From the NCBI GenBank assembly GCA_963777505.1, contig CAVZQN010000001.1:320001-384000 (forward strand): a stretch of DNA of 64,000 nucleotides, given 5' to 3'. The position numbers and the translations under genes were made by a program. This DNA comes from an uncultured bacterium. Lineage in GTDB: Bacteria > Acidobacteriota > HRBIN11 > JAKEFK01. Shown here piece by piece: positions 38,112-49,342 of the stretch (the first letter of the stretch is position 1; the number at the start of each line of letters is the position of its first letter). The notes under the pieces are model-generated. The model made no database searches, was not told where the DNA came from, and saw only the letters and a program-made list of their open reading frames with translations.

Positions 38112-39180
38112 TTAACGGGCGTTACTTTTGGGAAATAAGACAAGATCAGGTCTTTGATTCAAGCGTTCAAGCATTCTCTTGGTCATATTCGTTTTTACAC
38201 GTCCCGATTGCTTCGGATGAACAAGATACCGCACGATAGCATCGATCCAGGTGTTTGCGGTTGGTATAACCGAAATAAAATTACAGGAGCTTCTTTAACA
38301 TCAAGTTCATTTACCGGAGTTCGGGCTAGAAGACGTTTGAATACTTGCACTCGCTCCATCATTTCCGAGCCGATTTCTTCTGCTGCAATTTCTTGCATCG
38401 TATTTGCGACAAAGTTTAAATCGCTTTCATAAGCAATACTGAACTTAATTTCATTCCATATATATGGAAACAAGGGCCACGAATAATTGTAGACAGGTTC
38501 GGTCAGAACATTTGAATTTGGAAACTTAATGAGCCTTCCGCTTGGATGATCGGAGGATAAATATTCGCCTCCAAATTCCCATAAGGTTGTATCAAGATAG
38601 CTGACATCGATGACATCCCCCGTTGCTTCTCCGATCTTAATTCGATCACCGACTCGATACGGAGTACGTACAAGTATATAAACCCATCCGATCAAACTCG
38701 TAATAGGAGTTTGAAGGGCAAAACCCAGAATCAAGGATAGTAAGCCTAAAGAAAGAAACGCTGTATACCATTTTACAAAAAGAACAGAGATAACAACGAA
38801 AATAAGAACAACTAAAGTTATTAGTGTAAGAACTCTTCGAAGGTTGTATCGAGAAACTCTGCTGGGAAGACTGCTGATCAAATAATTCTTTATGATCTGG
38901 CTGATACAAATGATTCCGGCGCAAAGAACGGGCCAGCCAACAGAAAACGAGAAAATTTCTCAGAACCACGAAATACGATGGTACCGTTTTCCACCATAAT
39001 GTAGGCGGCGAGAAAAATAACAAATATCAAGACATAAACAGGCAGCCAAACCTTTGCTGGAGCTCTTTCGGCCGGAACTTCGGAAGGGTCCTGTTTTGTT
39101 ACACGTTTCAATTCCTCCTGAACTTGTTCGTGTTCATCTGCTTTTTCAACCGGATCTGCAACTGGAATACGTTCATCCAT
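38112..39180 (-). CDS. MscS family mechanosensitive channel; several frameshifts (~38930-38885, ~38270)
   Basis: GFALQ, PYRVGDRIKIG, GRLIKFPNS and YIWNEI; N- and C-terminal parts lie in other frames, ending LVLFPKSNAR. Confidence 0.8.
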
Positions 39181-39326
39181 ATATCTGTGTAAACTAAGTC
39201 AAAAAGAACCGTAAGCAACAACGCAATGATTATTTTCAAATGTTTTGAACACGGGCGGCCACAAGGGCCGCCCCTTACCAGTTTCCAGTGACATATAATA
39301 AGAAATAGTGATTTTAGGGTGATCAC

Positions 39327-39716
39327 ATGAAACACAAATTGCTATTGGTCTTGTTTTTGGCAATTTTTGGATGCCGTGAGGCAATGGAAACACCAGATCC
39401 AAATCTGGCACCGGAGATATCCGGATTGCAAATCGTACCTGAAGCCGTTTGTGGCAGCGCAGACGTAAGTTTTACGGTCAGTGATCCGAATCAAGATATG
39501 ATACAGTGGGATGCGAATATGAATGTCTCTGCATTCGGGAACGTAGAGCAAACGTCAGGCAGTGGAACCAGTGGCAGCACAATTACAATAAAATTTAACT
39601 CGACAACCGATTTTCAACATCGCCATAGGGTATCCTTAACTGTCACAGCCCGTGACAGCGCTGGAAACGAAGCTCAACCAGCACGATTGGAGTTTCTTAT
39701 CTTTTACCCATGTTGA
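39327..39716 (+). CDS. Hypothetical lipoprotein, Ig-like
   Basis: Lipobox LAIFGC; NLAPEI..VSDPNQD..VTARDSAGN. Confidence 0.65.
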   Translation: MKHKLLLVLFLAIFGCREAMETPDPNLAPEISGLQIVPEAVCGSADVSFTVSDPNQDMIQWDANMNVSAFGNVEQTSGSGTSGSTITIKFNSTTDFQHRHRVSLTVTARDSAGNEAQPARLEFLIFYPC

Positions 39717-40999
39717 AATCTTTCATCCATTGTTTTATTGCGATCGCCTTCATTTCCAGCGCGTCCGCAGATTCAAACTTTTTCAAAAAGTACCCTGGAC
39801 AGGGTTCGAATTGTGGTTACGCATTAACATTATCGTCTGCCGGAAATATTGCTGTGGCGGGTCTACAATTTGGCGCTGCTTCAAACAGAGTTCTTATCCA
39901 TGGTCAACTGGATTCAGATGGCAAAGGAACGACACTCTATAGTTATGATACCGGCAGAACCGACGATACTGTGAGTGCTATCGCTCCAACGCGAGATGGC
40001 GGATTCATTATCGCCGCCAATACAAGCGGTATCACCGCACAACGTGACATTTTAATATTGAAGATAAGGTCAAATCGAACGATCGCGTGGAAGAAACGGA
40101 TTGCAACTGACAATCATGAAATCGTTTATGGAATGACTCCAGTCGCCGGCGGATATGTTTTGATCGGCGCCAGCGCGGTCAGTTCAAACATCGATGTGCT
40201 TCTGATCAAGATCAATGAATCAGGCGCTATTGTTTGGAAGAAAACATATGGCGATAGTGAAGCGGAATTCGGATATTCGGTCGCGACCACAGATGACGGC
40301 GGTTTGATCATCGCTGCTGTGAAAGAAGATTCACCATTCGTTTTGAAATTAAATTCCAGCGGACGTCGGATTTGGGGACGAATATTCCCTGATCAAATTT
40401 TTTCATCAGATGGCAGAGTCTCCATTGTGAAAAGCGCAAGCTTTTATTACCTTGTCGGCACTAGCATCAGAGGAGAACATTCGCATGGCGGGCCGGAGCA
40501 TACAGGTATTAGTGTTAGCAAGCTCACTTCTAATGGCGAATTAGTATGGACGCGTGAATATCATTCTACAGATGCATCTGTTGCATGGAACGCAACGGCA
40601 GGAATTAATGGCAACATCATTATTGCCGGACATTCCGGCGCAATTACATCGAAGGCGCTGGTTTTTGAACTGAATCCAGAAGGCAAGATCAAATGGAAAC
40701 GCGCGTATTATCCCGAAAACAGCGCGGCGTTTAATGTCGTACTCAGCGATACAAGCACTTTTATTACCGGATGCACCGGCAGAGATCGCCTTGAACTTTA
40801 TGTCGCCAAAATAGATTCAAAAGGCAACATTCCACAAGCGTGCGGCCGGTGGCGAAGTATCGGAGTAAGTATCGATATCATTTCGGATGAAATGATTGGA
40901 TTCAGTCCGACAGAAAAATCTTTTGCCGGAACTTCGACTTCCACCACGATCACAACCGGAAATATGAATTCCGGAACAAAAGACCTCTGCAATCGCTAG
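39710..40999 (+). CDS. Exported beta-propeller repeat protein
   Basis: Repeated KxxxxGxxxWxKxY and TxDGGxII motifs; signal peptide. Confidence 0.7.
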   Translation: MLKSFIHCFIAIAFISSASADSNFFKKYPGQGSNCGYALTLSSAGNIAVAGLQFGAASNRVLIHGQLDSDGKGTTLYSYDTGRTDDTVSAIAPTRDGGFIIAANTSGITAQRDILILKIRSNRTIAWKKRIATDNHEIVYGMTPVAGGYVLIGASAVSSNIDVLLIKINESGAIVWKKTYGDSEAEFGYSVATTDDGGLIIAAVKEDSPFVLKLNSSGRRIWGRIFPDQIFSSDGRVSIVKSASFYYLVGTSIRGEHSHGGPEHTGISVSKLTSNGELVWTREYHSTDASVAWNATAGINGNIIIAGHSGAITSKALVFELNPEGKIKWKRAYYPENSAAFNVVLSDTSTFITGCTGRDRLELYVAKIDSKGNIPQACGRWRSIGVSIDIISDEMIGFSPTEKSFAGTSTSTTITTGNMNSGTKDLCNR

Positions 41000-41136
41000 T
41001 TCGGGTCCGTGATCGGAACTCGCCACCAAGACGCCAAGTCGCCAAGAAATTACTAATGTATTTTTCTTACCTGGCGCCAAGTCGCCACCTGGGAATCTTG
41101 CACTACGTCCCTTCACTTCGGCTTATAATATGAATC

Positions 41137-41334
41137 ATGTCTCAAAAAAAGAAGTCAAGAAGCGATCTTCTTGTCCGTCGAATCGAATGGTGGCATAAAA
41201 GACTTGCTCCGAAATACCCGGAGATCGACCCCCACGATTTAGATCTGATCATTGCATCCATCCTAAAAACGCCAAAACAAAGAATGGAACTAATGTTCTT
41301 AAAGAAGCGTCCTGATGGCCGGTATGTCTTTTGA
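41137..41334 (+). CDS. Small hypothetical protein, possible partner of the downstream nucleotidyltransferase
   Basis: 65 aa, TATAAT 7 nt upstream, overlaps the next gene. Confidence 0.6.
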   Translation: MSQKKKSRSDLLVRRIEWWHKRLAPKYPEIDPHDLDLIIASILKTPKQRMELMFLKKRPDGRYVF

Positions 41335-41794
41335 TGAAAGCTTTCTTTCTGAACTTCTAGATGCTCTTCAAGAAGCAGGTCTACAAGTAATCATAATCGG
41401 AAATACTGCCGCAATTCTTCAAGGAGTTCCGGTTATGACCCGCGACATAGATTTGTTCGTTCGGAAGCATGAACAACTTGAAAAAAAACTTAACCGATTT
41501 GCCAAGCTTTTTGATGTTTCTTTTACTGAACCTTACCCCTCAACGTCGAACATGATTCGTGCAGTTGGGCGGCCCATCCATATTGATTTCATGCAGGCCC
41601 TTTCAAGCGGTAAGAGTTTTTCTTCATTAAAATCGCGTGCACATAAAATAAAAATTGGCCGGCATACTGCTCTGGTTGCCGACTTGCAAGATCTAATCGA
41701 AGCGAAAGAAGCTGCGGGAAGAAACAAAGACAAACTTAGCATCGCTCAAATGAAAGAAACGTTGAAACTTCGCAAGGCAATGAAAAAAGAATAA
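41315..41794 (+). CDS. Nucleotidyltransferase-fold protein
   Basis: IIIGNTAAILQGVPVMTRDIDL and LIEAKEAAGRNKD. Confidence 0.75.
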   Translation: MAGMSFDESFLSELLDALQEAGLQVIIIGNTAAILQGVPVMTRDIDLFVRKHEQLEKKLNRFAKLFDVSFTEPYPSTSNMIRAVGRPIHIDFMQALSSGKSFSSLKSRAHKIKIGRHTALVADLQDLIEAKEAAGRNKDKLSIAQMKETLKLRKAMKKE

Positions 41795-41927
41795 TACTCG
41801 GCGTACTCCGCGTTGAAGAAAAGTAGTGGCGGCTCTTGAGCTTCGCCATTTTCTCATCTAGATACGCTTATGAAGTCGAATCCCGTCCTTGCAAAACGAA
41901 TTCTACGGCCTAATGTTTGACCTAATC

Positions 41928-42035
41928 ATGAGCGAAGATCCGAAACGACCGCTAGCTCGCATGTCTACAGTGGGCTGCATTCTGGCTATTTTGTTTATCG
42001 GTATCGTGCTTTTTCTGATTTATTACAATCGTTAG
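41928..42035 (+). CDS. Putative 35-aa single-TM protein (MSEDPKRPLARMSTVGCILAILFIGIVLFLIYYNR)
   Basis: Clean ORF filling an intergenic gap, one strong TM helix; no clear SD. Confidence 0.45.
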   Translation: MSEDPKRPLARMSTVGCILAILFIGIVLFLIYYNR

Positions 42036-42141
42036 TCGTCTAAACTGCAAATCATTCCAGATATAGTCCAATTTAGCACAGGCGGATTCCCTCTTGTGTC
42101 TTTCATTGATTGTAAGACATTTCGTAAAGCAATAATCTGTC

Positions 42142-44554
42142 ATGCGAATCCTTAACCGGTCGATCTTTTACATAGCTATTGTTATCGTTTTAAACACATT
42201 CCTCTCTACTTCGTACGCTGAAGATTGGCCACGTTGGCGCGGAGCTGCATTTGATGGCACGGCGAGTCCATCTTCGCATCCATTCTCAGGTCCGTTCGAA
42301 TTGCGCGTGCGATGGAAACGTACGCTTGGTGCGGGATATTCCGGCGTCGTTGTTGCCGATGGGCAAAGCGGTAACTATGTATTCAGATGGCAAGAACGAT
42401 TACGTTGTTGCGCTTTCTTCTGACACTGGCGAAGAACAGTGGAAGTTTCTCTTAGGCGAAGCGTTTCCGCCGCGTGATGGTTCCAGTGGCGGACCGGTAT
42501 CCACACCTGCAATCGATCGGGGTGTCGTTTATGCGCTGGGTCCTCGCGGCAATTTCGTTGCGCTGAATCTAGCAACCGGGAAAAAACTTTGGCATCACGA
42601 TCTCGTTGCCGAACTCAACGCACTCACTCCGCATTGGGGCTTCACGACATCACCTTTGGTGGTTGCAAATCGTGTCGTAGTGCTCACCGGTGGAACTCCC
42701 GAACACCTGGTCACTGCATTCGATTGTGAAACCGGTGCAATTGCATGGCGAACAGGATCCGATGAAGTAAGTTACCAATCACCAATGATTACAAAGCTCG
42801 GTAATCGGGATGTCATTCTTGCTGCTGGTGACAAAACTCTATTCGCACTTGATCCTAAGAGCGGAAGCAAACTCTGGAGCTATGAACACAAAGGTGAAGG
42901 ATTTTACGGACAAATTATCAATCCCGTGCGCATTGGTGAAAACGGATTATTCATTACAAACAAGCTGGAAGAGTCGACGCTTTTACGTGCAGGCACGAAG
43001 GTTGAACCGGCATGGCTCACAAAAGAAATAAAAGGAAGCTACGCAACTCCGGTCGTTCATGGTGATCTTGTATTGGGTTACTCCGGACGTTTCCTAACAG
43101 CAATCGATGCAAAGACAGGAGAGCGACGTTGGCGTTCACGCCCGCCTGGTGAAGGATTCCCAATCATTGTCGATGGACATCTTGTTGTGATCACCAGACG
43201 CGGTGCTGTTACTGTTTCAACAATTGCAGCAGATGACTATCATGAAAAGGCCTCGTTACAAGTCTTCAACAAACTCGTTTGGACACCGCCATCGTTTGCT
43301 GAAGGACGCATCTTCGCTCGTGACTCGTACGCAGAAATTGCTGCAATCGATATCATTCCAACAGTGACTGCTTCTGCAATAAAAACTGACGTAAATCGCG
43401 GCATCATTCCCGGTTCATCATTTGCACGTTGGGTTACTGAAATTGAAAAAGCTCCAAATGCTACTGAGCGTGTGAAGCAATATCTCAGCGAACATCCAAC
43501 TTCACCTGTGTTTGAAGGGAAAAATGTGGCGCACATTCTTTATAACGGTCCCGAAAAAGAAGTCGTCTTGCGTGGCGATTTTTCCGAAATCGGTGATGAA
43601 ATCGTGATGCATCGTGTCAGTGGGACCGATTTGCATTATGCATCGCTCGAGCTTGAACCTGATGCGCGAATTATTTATCAACTCCTGCGGAACACTGAAG
43701 ACGCGATCGCCGATCCACGGAATTCAATGAAGGGTGAATCGTTAAATTATCCTGGTGCAGTCTCAGTTCTTACAATGCCTGAAGCGAAACCATTGACTGT
43801 TCAACCCGCAACTGCGACGTTACGCGGACGCATCGTTGAGCTTGAACTAGAATCACCCGAAACATCAGCCGAACATCTGAAATGGGGCGGCAAGCGCGCG
43901 ATCAAAGTATATTTGCCTCCAAACTATGACAGCTCACCGAAAGAGCGTTATCCTACCGCTTACATTCTGTTAGGCGAAGAAATGATTAAAGGTGCCAATC
44001 TTGCTGCGCTATTGGATCGTGAGATCGGATCATCGATGAAGCCTGTCATTGCAGTCTTTGTTGCATCAACGAACGCGTACGAACTCGCAAGAACATTTCG
44101 CGAGCCTCACATAAAGATGATCGCAACTCAACTTGTGCCATGGATTGATGGTCAGTTCCGCACAATCAATGAACCAGCACAACGGATGATTCTTGGCGCC
44201 GATGAAGCTGGATTTGCTGCGGTGGAAATAGGACTTCGCAATCCGCAAATCTTCGGTGGCATCGTCGGCCACTCAATCTTTCCACTCACTGGTGGTGATC
44301 AAGAGTTGCTTGCGTTGATCGATCGCACATCCAAAACGGATCAACGTTTCTACATTGATTGGGGACGTTATGATCCGCGGCGCAAAGTTGATGGTCTCGA
44401 TGTTCCTGGTTTTTCACGAACCACAAGCGAGCGCTTAAAGACACGCGGACAAACCGTTTCGAGCAAAGAATGGAATGACGGTTCCTTAATCTCGCTTTTA
44501 GGTCCACGAGCTGTTCTCGCAATCCAAACACTGATGAAAGGATCATCATTGTAA
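42142..44554 (+). CDS. Exported PQQ-like (BamB-type) beta-propeller fused to an Ig-like and Fes-type esterase-fold domain; frameshift near 42362
   Basis: EDWPRWRG, GYSG, repeated DxxTGxxxW blades, and KVYLPPNY..YP and LVPWIDGQFRT. Confidence 0.8.
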
Positions 44555-44642
44555 AAAGCGGATCGATTGCGGAACTCACCGCAAAGACGCCAATAAAGTA
44601 GGTGTTAAAGCATTTTTACTTAGCGCCTCTGCGTTAAAACGC

Positions 44643-45557
44643 CTATGGTTCCAGCGCTGGATTGTAAGTCGTGACAACCGTCATGAAGTTGCTGGCTTCG
44701 ATCATATCTTTTGGATGATATCGGATCGAGTGTGCATCCAATCGTTCCACTCCAGGTAAATACGCAAGCACCTCTGCCGGTCGATAGTTTTTGAATGTAA
44801 TATCGAGCGTCAGCGGAGATGCAACCTTAAACGGCTTGAATTCCTGAAGTTTTCCGAATGCCGCTTTGACTTTGTCTGCAATGAGTTGTTGAGAGGCTTG
44901 TGGCGTTAGAGTTTTCGCAGAATGGAACCCGAGGTTATTCTTCACGACTGCGCCTTCAATTTGTCCGATTTGAGTGCGCACTTCTGCAACTGCCGCATCA
45001 TCGCCTGATATCATGACAACCGGCACACCAAAGTGTCCCGCAATCGCCGCGTTCCACGAACCTTCTGTCATATCCTTTCCATTGATTGCAACCCGTGCGA
45101 GCGTTGCACTTGAAAAAGTATGAGCACGAACGCCTTTAGGATTATTGGTAGAAGCGTGATAGCCAATAAACAAAACGGCATCAAATGTTGAATCAATTCC
45201 CGCCATCATCGAAAGCTGACGCGGCCGTCCGCGAATAATTTGCACATCTGTGGGAAATTTTTCGATGAGCAAATTTTCCATATTGCCATGCGAGTCGCTA
45301 ACTAAAATTTCCGTTGCCCCTGCTTCCTTCGCAGCGGTTATGGCTGCCATTGCTTCAGCAGTCATAAACTCTCGAAAGCGTTGATACTCAAATCCCTCCG
45401 GACCGAGCTGACTGTCGGTGACTACCCCTCCAATTCCCTCCATATCGACCGAAATATATGTTTTCAATTTCTTCTGTTGTGCACTTAATGGATGCGCAAG
45501 GAACACAATGATGATTAGCGCGAAAGACAAACTTAAATATTGATTCAACTTTCTCAT
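44643..45557 (-). CDS. M55 family D-aminopeptidase (DppA-like), signal peptide
   Basis: ISVDMEG, SDSHG, IGYH, AHT and ISGDD. Confidence 0.9.
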   Translation of the reverse strand: MRKLNQYLSLSFALIIIVFLAHPLSAQQKKLKTYISVDMEGIGGVVTDSQLGPEGFEYQRFREFMTAEAMAAITAAKEAGATEILVSDSHGNMENLLIEKFPTDVQIIRGRPRQLSMMAGIDSTFDAVLFIGYHASTNNPKGVRAHTFSSATLARVAINGKDMTEGSWNAAIAGHFGVPVVMISGDDAAVAEVRTQIGQIEGAVVKNNLGFHSAKTLTPQASQQLIADKVKAAFGKLQEFKPFKVASPLTLDITFKNYRPAEVLAYLPGVERLDAHSIRYHPKDMIEASNFMTVVTTYNPALEP

Positions 45558-45636
45558 GTTGGCATACCCCTACCGTTTTGTATTTTCGTCTTAAATATAG
45601 CATTCAACTCAGCGTCTCTGCGGTAGAATCTAAGCC

Positions 45637-47988
45637 GTGGACTCTAAAACCATCTCACACTACAAAATTCTGTCCAAACTCGGAGAAGGCGGAATGGGTG
45701 AGGTTTATCTCGCCCAGGATGAAAAGTTAGATCGAACTGTCGCGTTGAAAATTCTGCCCGCTGAATTTGCTTCCGATCCTGCGCGGATGCGTCGGTTCGT
45801 TCAAGAAGCCAAAGCGGCGTCCGCATTGGATCATTCCAACGTTGCTCACATTTATGAAATTGGTGAAGCCGATGGAATCAGCTTCATCGCGATGCAATAC
45901 ATTGAAGGCGAAACGCTTGATAAGAAAATTAAGACAGGGCCCCTCTCTTCAAACGAAATCATCGATATAGCAACGCAAGTCGCAGACGCTCTGGATGCCG
46001 CCAACTCAAAAGGAATCATCCATCGCGATATTAAAGCGTTGAATATCATGATGACTCCAAGAGGCCAAATCAAAGTTCTGGATTTTGGTCTTGCGAAGAT
46101 TGAAGCTCCTCCTTCATCACAAGCTGAAGCAAGCAGAATGGAAACAGCCGCAGGAACATCACCAGGGATGCTGATTGGGACCGTTCAATATATGAGTCCC
46201 GAACAAGCGCTTGGAAAAGCCGTAGATCATCGCTCCGATATTTATTCGCTCGGAATTGTTTTGTATCAATTGTCTACGGGACGTCTCCCCTTTACCGGAG
46301 AGACTCCGAGTGAAATTTTGAATCGAATTCTGAATTCACAGCCAGATGCGATTGCGCGATTGAATTACAACATCGATGCAGAGCTTGAACGGATCATCCG
46401 AAAATGTATCGAAAAGGATCCGGAAAGACGGTATCAATCTGCGCGTGAGTTATTGATCGATCTGAAAAACTTAAAAAGGGACAGCGAATCAGGTGCGCGA
46501 ACTCCAACAACACCACGCGCTCCAGGTCGTTCCAACATACTGCGAATCGTGGCTGCAGCCGGAGCTCTCGCAATCGTTGGAGCACTCATTTATTTCATGA
46601 GCCTTCGGAACAAAACTGAAATCCGTTCGCTTGCAGTATTACCGTTTGTTAATTCCAATTCCGATCCCGAAAACGAATGGTTGACCGATGGCATTACAGA
46701 AAGCACGATCAATAGCCTTTCGCAGATTCCGGATTTAAAAGTTATGGCACGCAGCACTGTGAGCCGCTTCAAAGGAAAATCGTCGGATCCGTTAGAAGCA
46801 GGGAAAAAGCTAAAGGTCGATGCAGTTCTCACAGGAACTGTAGATCAGCAAAAGAATGATCTGGTCATTGGTGCGGAGTTAGTCAATGTAAGCGATGGTT
46901 CGCTGATCTGGGGAAAGAATTATCGAAACAATATTTCCGATCTGTCGATCGTTCAGCGCGATATTTCTGAACAAATTTCTGATGAACTTCGCAAAAAGCT
47001 TTCAGGTGAACAAAAACAAGAAATTGCAAAAGAATTTTCGGTAAATCCTCAAGCATACGAACTCTATTTGAAAGGCCGGTTTAATTGGAATCTGAGATCT
47101 CCGGATGGAATCATCAAATCAATTGATTACTTTAACCAGGCTATTCAGAAAGATCCATCTTTTGCGCGCGCATATGCTGGATTGTCGCTTGCATATGTTG
47201 TGCGGAGTTCCCCATTTTCAAGAGAAATCCGATATGAAAAAGCGGTTGGCCCGGCAAATAAAGCGGTAGAACTGGACCCGTCGTCTGCCGAAGCGTATGT
47301 AGCGCTCGGCGGGACAAAAGAACTTCAATGGAAATGGAAAGAAGCCGAACAGTTGTATCGTAAGGCGACTGAGTTAGAACCGAATTATCCGACCGCGCAT
47401 CAGTGGCTGGGTGAAACCCTCAATACACTCGGCAAGAGTGATGAGGGAATTCGTGAAGTGAAAATGGCACTTGAATACGATCCATTATCGCCGATCATCA
47501 ATACCAGTCTTGCTCATATTCTTTATTTTGCCAGGCGTTATGATGAAGCGGTTGCGCAATATCGTACATCCATTGAGTTAGATCCCAAGATGCTACACCC
47601 ACGCGAGGGTCTCGTTCAGACCCTATTGATAAAGAAGCAGTACTCAGAAGCGATTGCAGAGTATGAAGAACTCGCCCGCATGACTGGAACTTACGATCAA
47701 CAAAAAAACGTGATCAAAGAAGTACGAGACGCATTTCAAGCAGAAGGCGAAAAAGGTTTTTGGCAGAAAAAACTGGAACTGGATTTGCGCGGCGGTATTG
47801 AGTCCGCTTTTGATATCGCCTGGGACTATGCCAGCCTTGGCAAGATTGATCAATCCTTTGAATGGCTCACAAAAGCGATTGAAATCCGCGATCCTGGTTT
47901 AGATGAATTGGGAGTCGATCCCAGATTTGACTCATTGCGATCCGATCCGCGATTTAAAAATTGTTTACGATCAATGAACCTTGAATAA
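45637..47988 (+). CDS. Hanks-type Ser/Thr kinase with TM, TolB-like and TPR domains
   Basis: LGEGGMGEVY, VALK, HRDIK, DFG, YMSPEQ; SLAVLPF; TPR repeats. Confidence 0.93.
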   Translation: MDSKTISHYKILSKLGEGGMGEVYLAQDEKLDRTVALKILPAEFASDPARMRRFVQEAKAASALDHSNVAHIYEIGEADGISFIAMQYIEGETLDKKIKTGPLSSNEIIDIATQVADALDAANSKGIIHRDIKALNIMMTPRGQIKVLDFGLAKIEAPPSSQAEASRMETAAGTSPGMLIGTVQYMSPEQALGKAVDHRSDIYSLGIVLYQLSTGRLPFTGETPSEILNRILNSQPDAIARLNYNIDAELERIIRKCIEKDPERRYQSARELLIDLKNLKRDSESGARTPTTPRAPGRSNILRIVAAAGALAIVGALIYFMSLRNKTEIRSLAVLPFVNSNSDPENEWLTDGITESTINSLSQIPDLKVMARSTVSRFKGKSSDPLEAGKKLKVDAVLTGTVDQQKNDLVIGAELVNVSDGSLIWGKNYRNNISDLSIVQRDISEQISDELRKKLSGEQKQEIAKEFSVNPQAYELYLKGRFNWNLRSPDGIIKSIDYFNQAIQKDPSFARAYAGLSLAYVVRSSPFSREIRYEKAVGPANKAVELDPSSAEAYVALGGTKELQWKWKEAEQLYRKATELEPNYPTAHQWLGETLNTLGKSDEGIREVKMALEYDPLSPIINTSLAHILYFARRYDEAVAQYRTSIELDPKMLHPREGLVQTLLIKKQYSEAIAEYEELARMTGTYDQQKNVIKEVRDAFQAEGEKGFWQKKLELDLRGGIESAFDIAWDYASLGKIDQSFEWLTKAIEIRDPGLDELGVDPRFDSLRSDPRFKNCLRSMNLE

Positions 47989-48001
47989 ACCACGGTCATT
48001 T

Positions 48002-48102
48002 ATTGCAGATTGTACGATTGCAAATTTTAAATTTTATAGTCATTCAGTTCCGGTGAAATTCAAATATAAAATTGTACAATCAACAATCGTACAATTTGCA
48101 AT
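48002..48102. repeat. Long inverted repeat of ~7-nt units
   Basis: ATTGCAGATTGTACGATTG (48002) pairs with CAATCGTACAATTTGCAAT (48084-48102), one mismatch. Confidence 0.65.
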
Positions 48103-48152
48103 AAACTCCTAAGAGCTTTTTGTTGAACAATTTTATGCTAATATCTTGAGCT

Positions 48153-49076
48153 ATGTTCGATCCAAAAACCCTCCTTTTGGTCGCTCTCGGAATCGTAACA
48201 ATCTGGTTCATCTTTACATGGTGGCGTCTCGCTAAAGCCCTTCCCCAAGATCCAAATGATCCAGCCTTGAATCATAAGTGGTACCACCATCTCGTCGGTT
48301 TTGTCATGAATTTTTTTGACACGCTTGGAATCGGCAGCTTTGCAACGACATGTTCGGCATTCAAATTCCGGAACTCAATGGATGATAGAAAAATTCCAGG
48401 CACGCTTAATGTTGGTCATGCCTTACCTACCGTTGCACAAGCCCTCATTTATATTGCGACAGTTCAGGTAGAAATCTGGACTCTCATTTTAATGATTGTG
48501 GCTTCTGTGCTGGGTGCATGGTTAGGTGCGGGAGTTATTTCGAAATGGTCGCGACGGAAAGTGCAAATTGGAATGGGATGCGCTCTCATCGCTGCAGCGT
48601 TGCTGATGTTGCGCGCACAGCTTTTTGCGGGGCAAGGTGGCGATACAGGCTCACTCGGGCTCACTGGCCTGCTTTTAGCTCTTGGATTAGTTGGCAATTT
48701 TGCACTAGGTGCATTGATGTCGCTTGGAATCGGCTTGTATGCACCTTGTTTGATTCTCATTTCTTTGTTGGGAATGAATCCGCGTGCAGGATTTCCGATC
48801 ATGATGGGATCATGCGCATTCTTAATGCCGATTGGCGGCGTTCGTTTTATTAAGGAAGGTAGTTATAGTCTGCCCGCAGCAGTTGCTTTAGCTGTTGGTG
48901 GAATTCCTGCTGTTCTGATCGCTGCTTACATCGTACGCTCTTTACCGCTAACTTATGTGCGCTGGCTCGTGGTCATTGTTGTCATTTATGCTGCTATCGT
49001 TATGCTCCGTTCAGCAATGCGAGATAAAGCGACTGAAACTGTAGTCGAAGCAGCTTCCAATCCAGCTTCAAAATAA
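48153..49076 (+). CDS. TauE/SafE-like membrane permease
   Basis: NFFDTLGIGSFA, IPGTLNVG, GIGLYAP and FPIMMGSCAFL. Confidence 0.8.
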   Translation: MFDPKTLLLVALGIVTIWFIFTWWRLAKALPQDPNDPALNHKWYHHLVGFVMNFFDTLGIGSFATTCSAFKFRNSMDDRKIPGTLNVGHALPTVAQALIYIATVQVEIWTLILMIVASVLGAWLGAGVISKWSRRKVQIGMGCALIAAALLMLRAQLFAGQGGDTGSLGLTGLLLALGLVGNFALGALMSLGIGLYAPCLILISLLGMNPRAGFPIMMGSCAFLMPIGGVRFIKEGSYSLPAAVALAVGGIPAVLIAAYIVRSLPLTYVRWLVVIVVIYAAIVMLRSAMRDKATETVVEAASNPASK

Positions 49077-49091
49077 AATTTCGAACGCTTA

Positions 49092-49107
49092 CTACCTGTT
49101 CAGGTGG
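49092..49107. promoter_or_regulatory. 16-bp quasi-palindrome CTACCTGTTCAGGTGG, copy 1
   Basis: Identical copy at 49823-49838; both copies are intergenic. Confidence 0.5.
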
Positions 49108-49342
49108 TTACTTCTTTTTTCGAACATTCCATAATCTATCCGCACTTAAACAATGCGATTGATGTTATTAATGCTAATGAATTAAAACTGATTCAAAATA
49201 AGATTTTTGACGATATCTCATTCATGTAAAAAGAATGGCTTTATGAAGCCTCAGGCGGTTCAGAAATGACCCTTTTATCGACGACAAAAGTACCCAACGA
49301 ATTAATCTGCTACAACATCAAGAATTGTGGTATAAAGAATTC

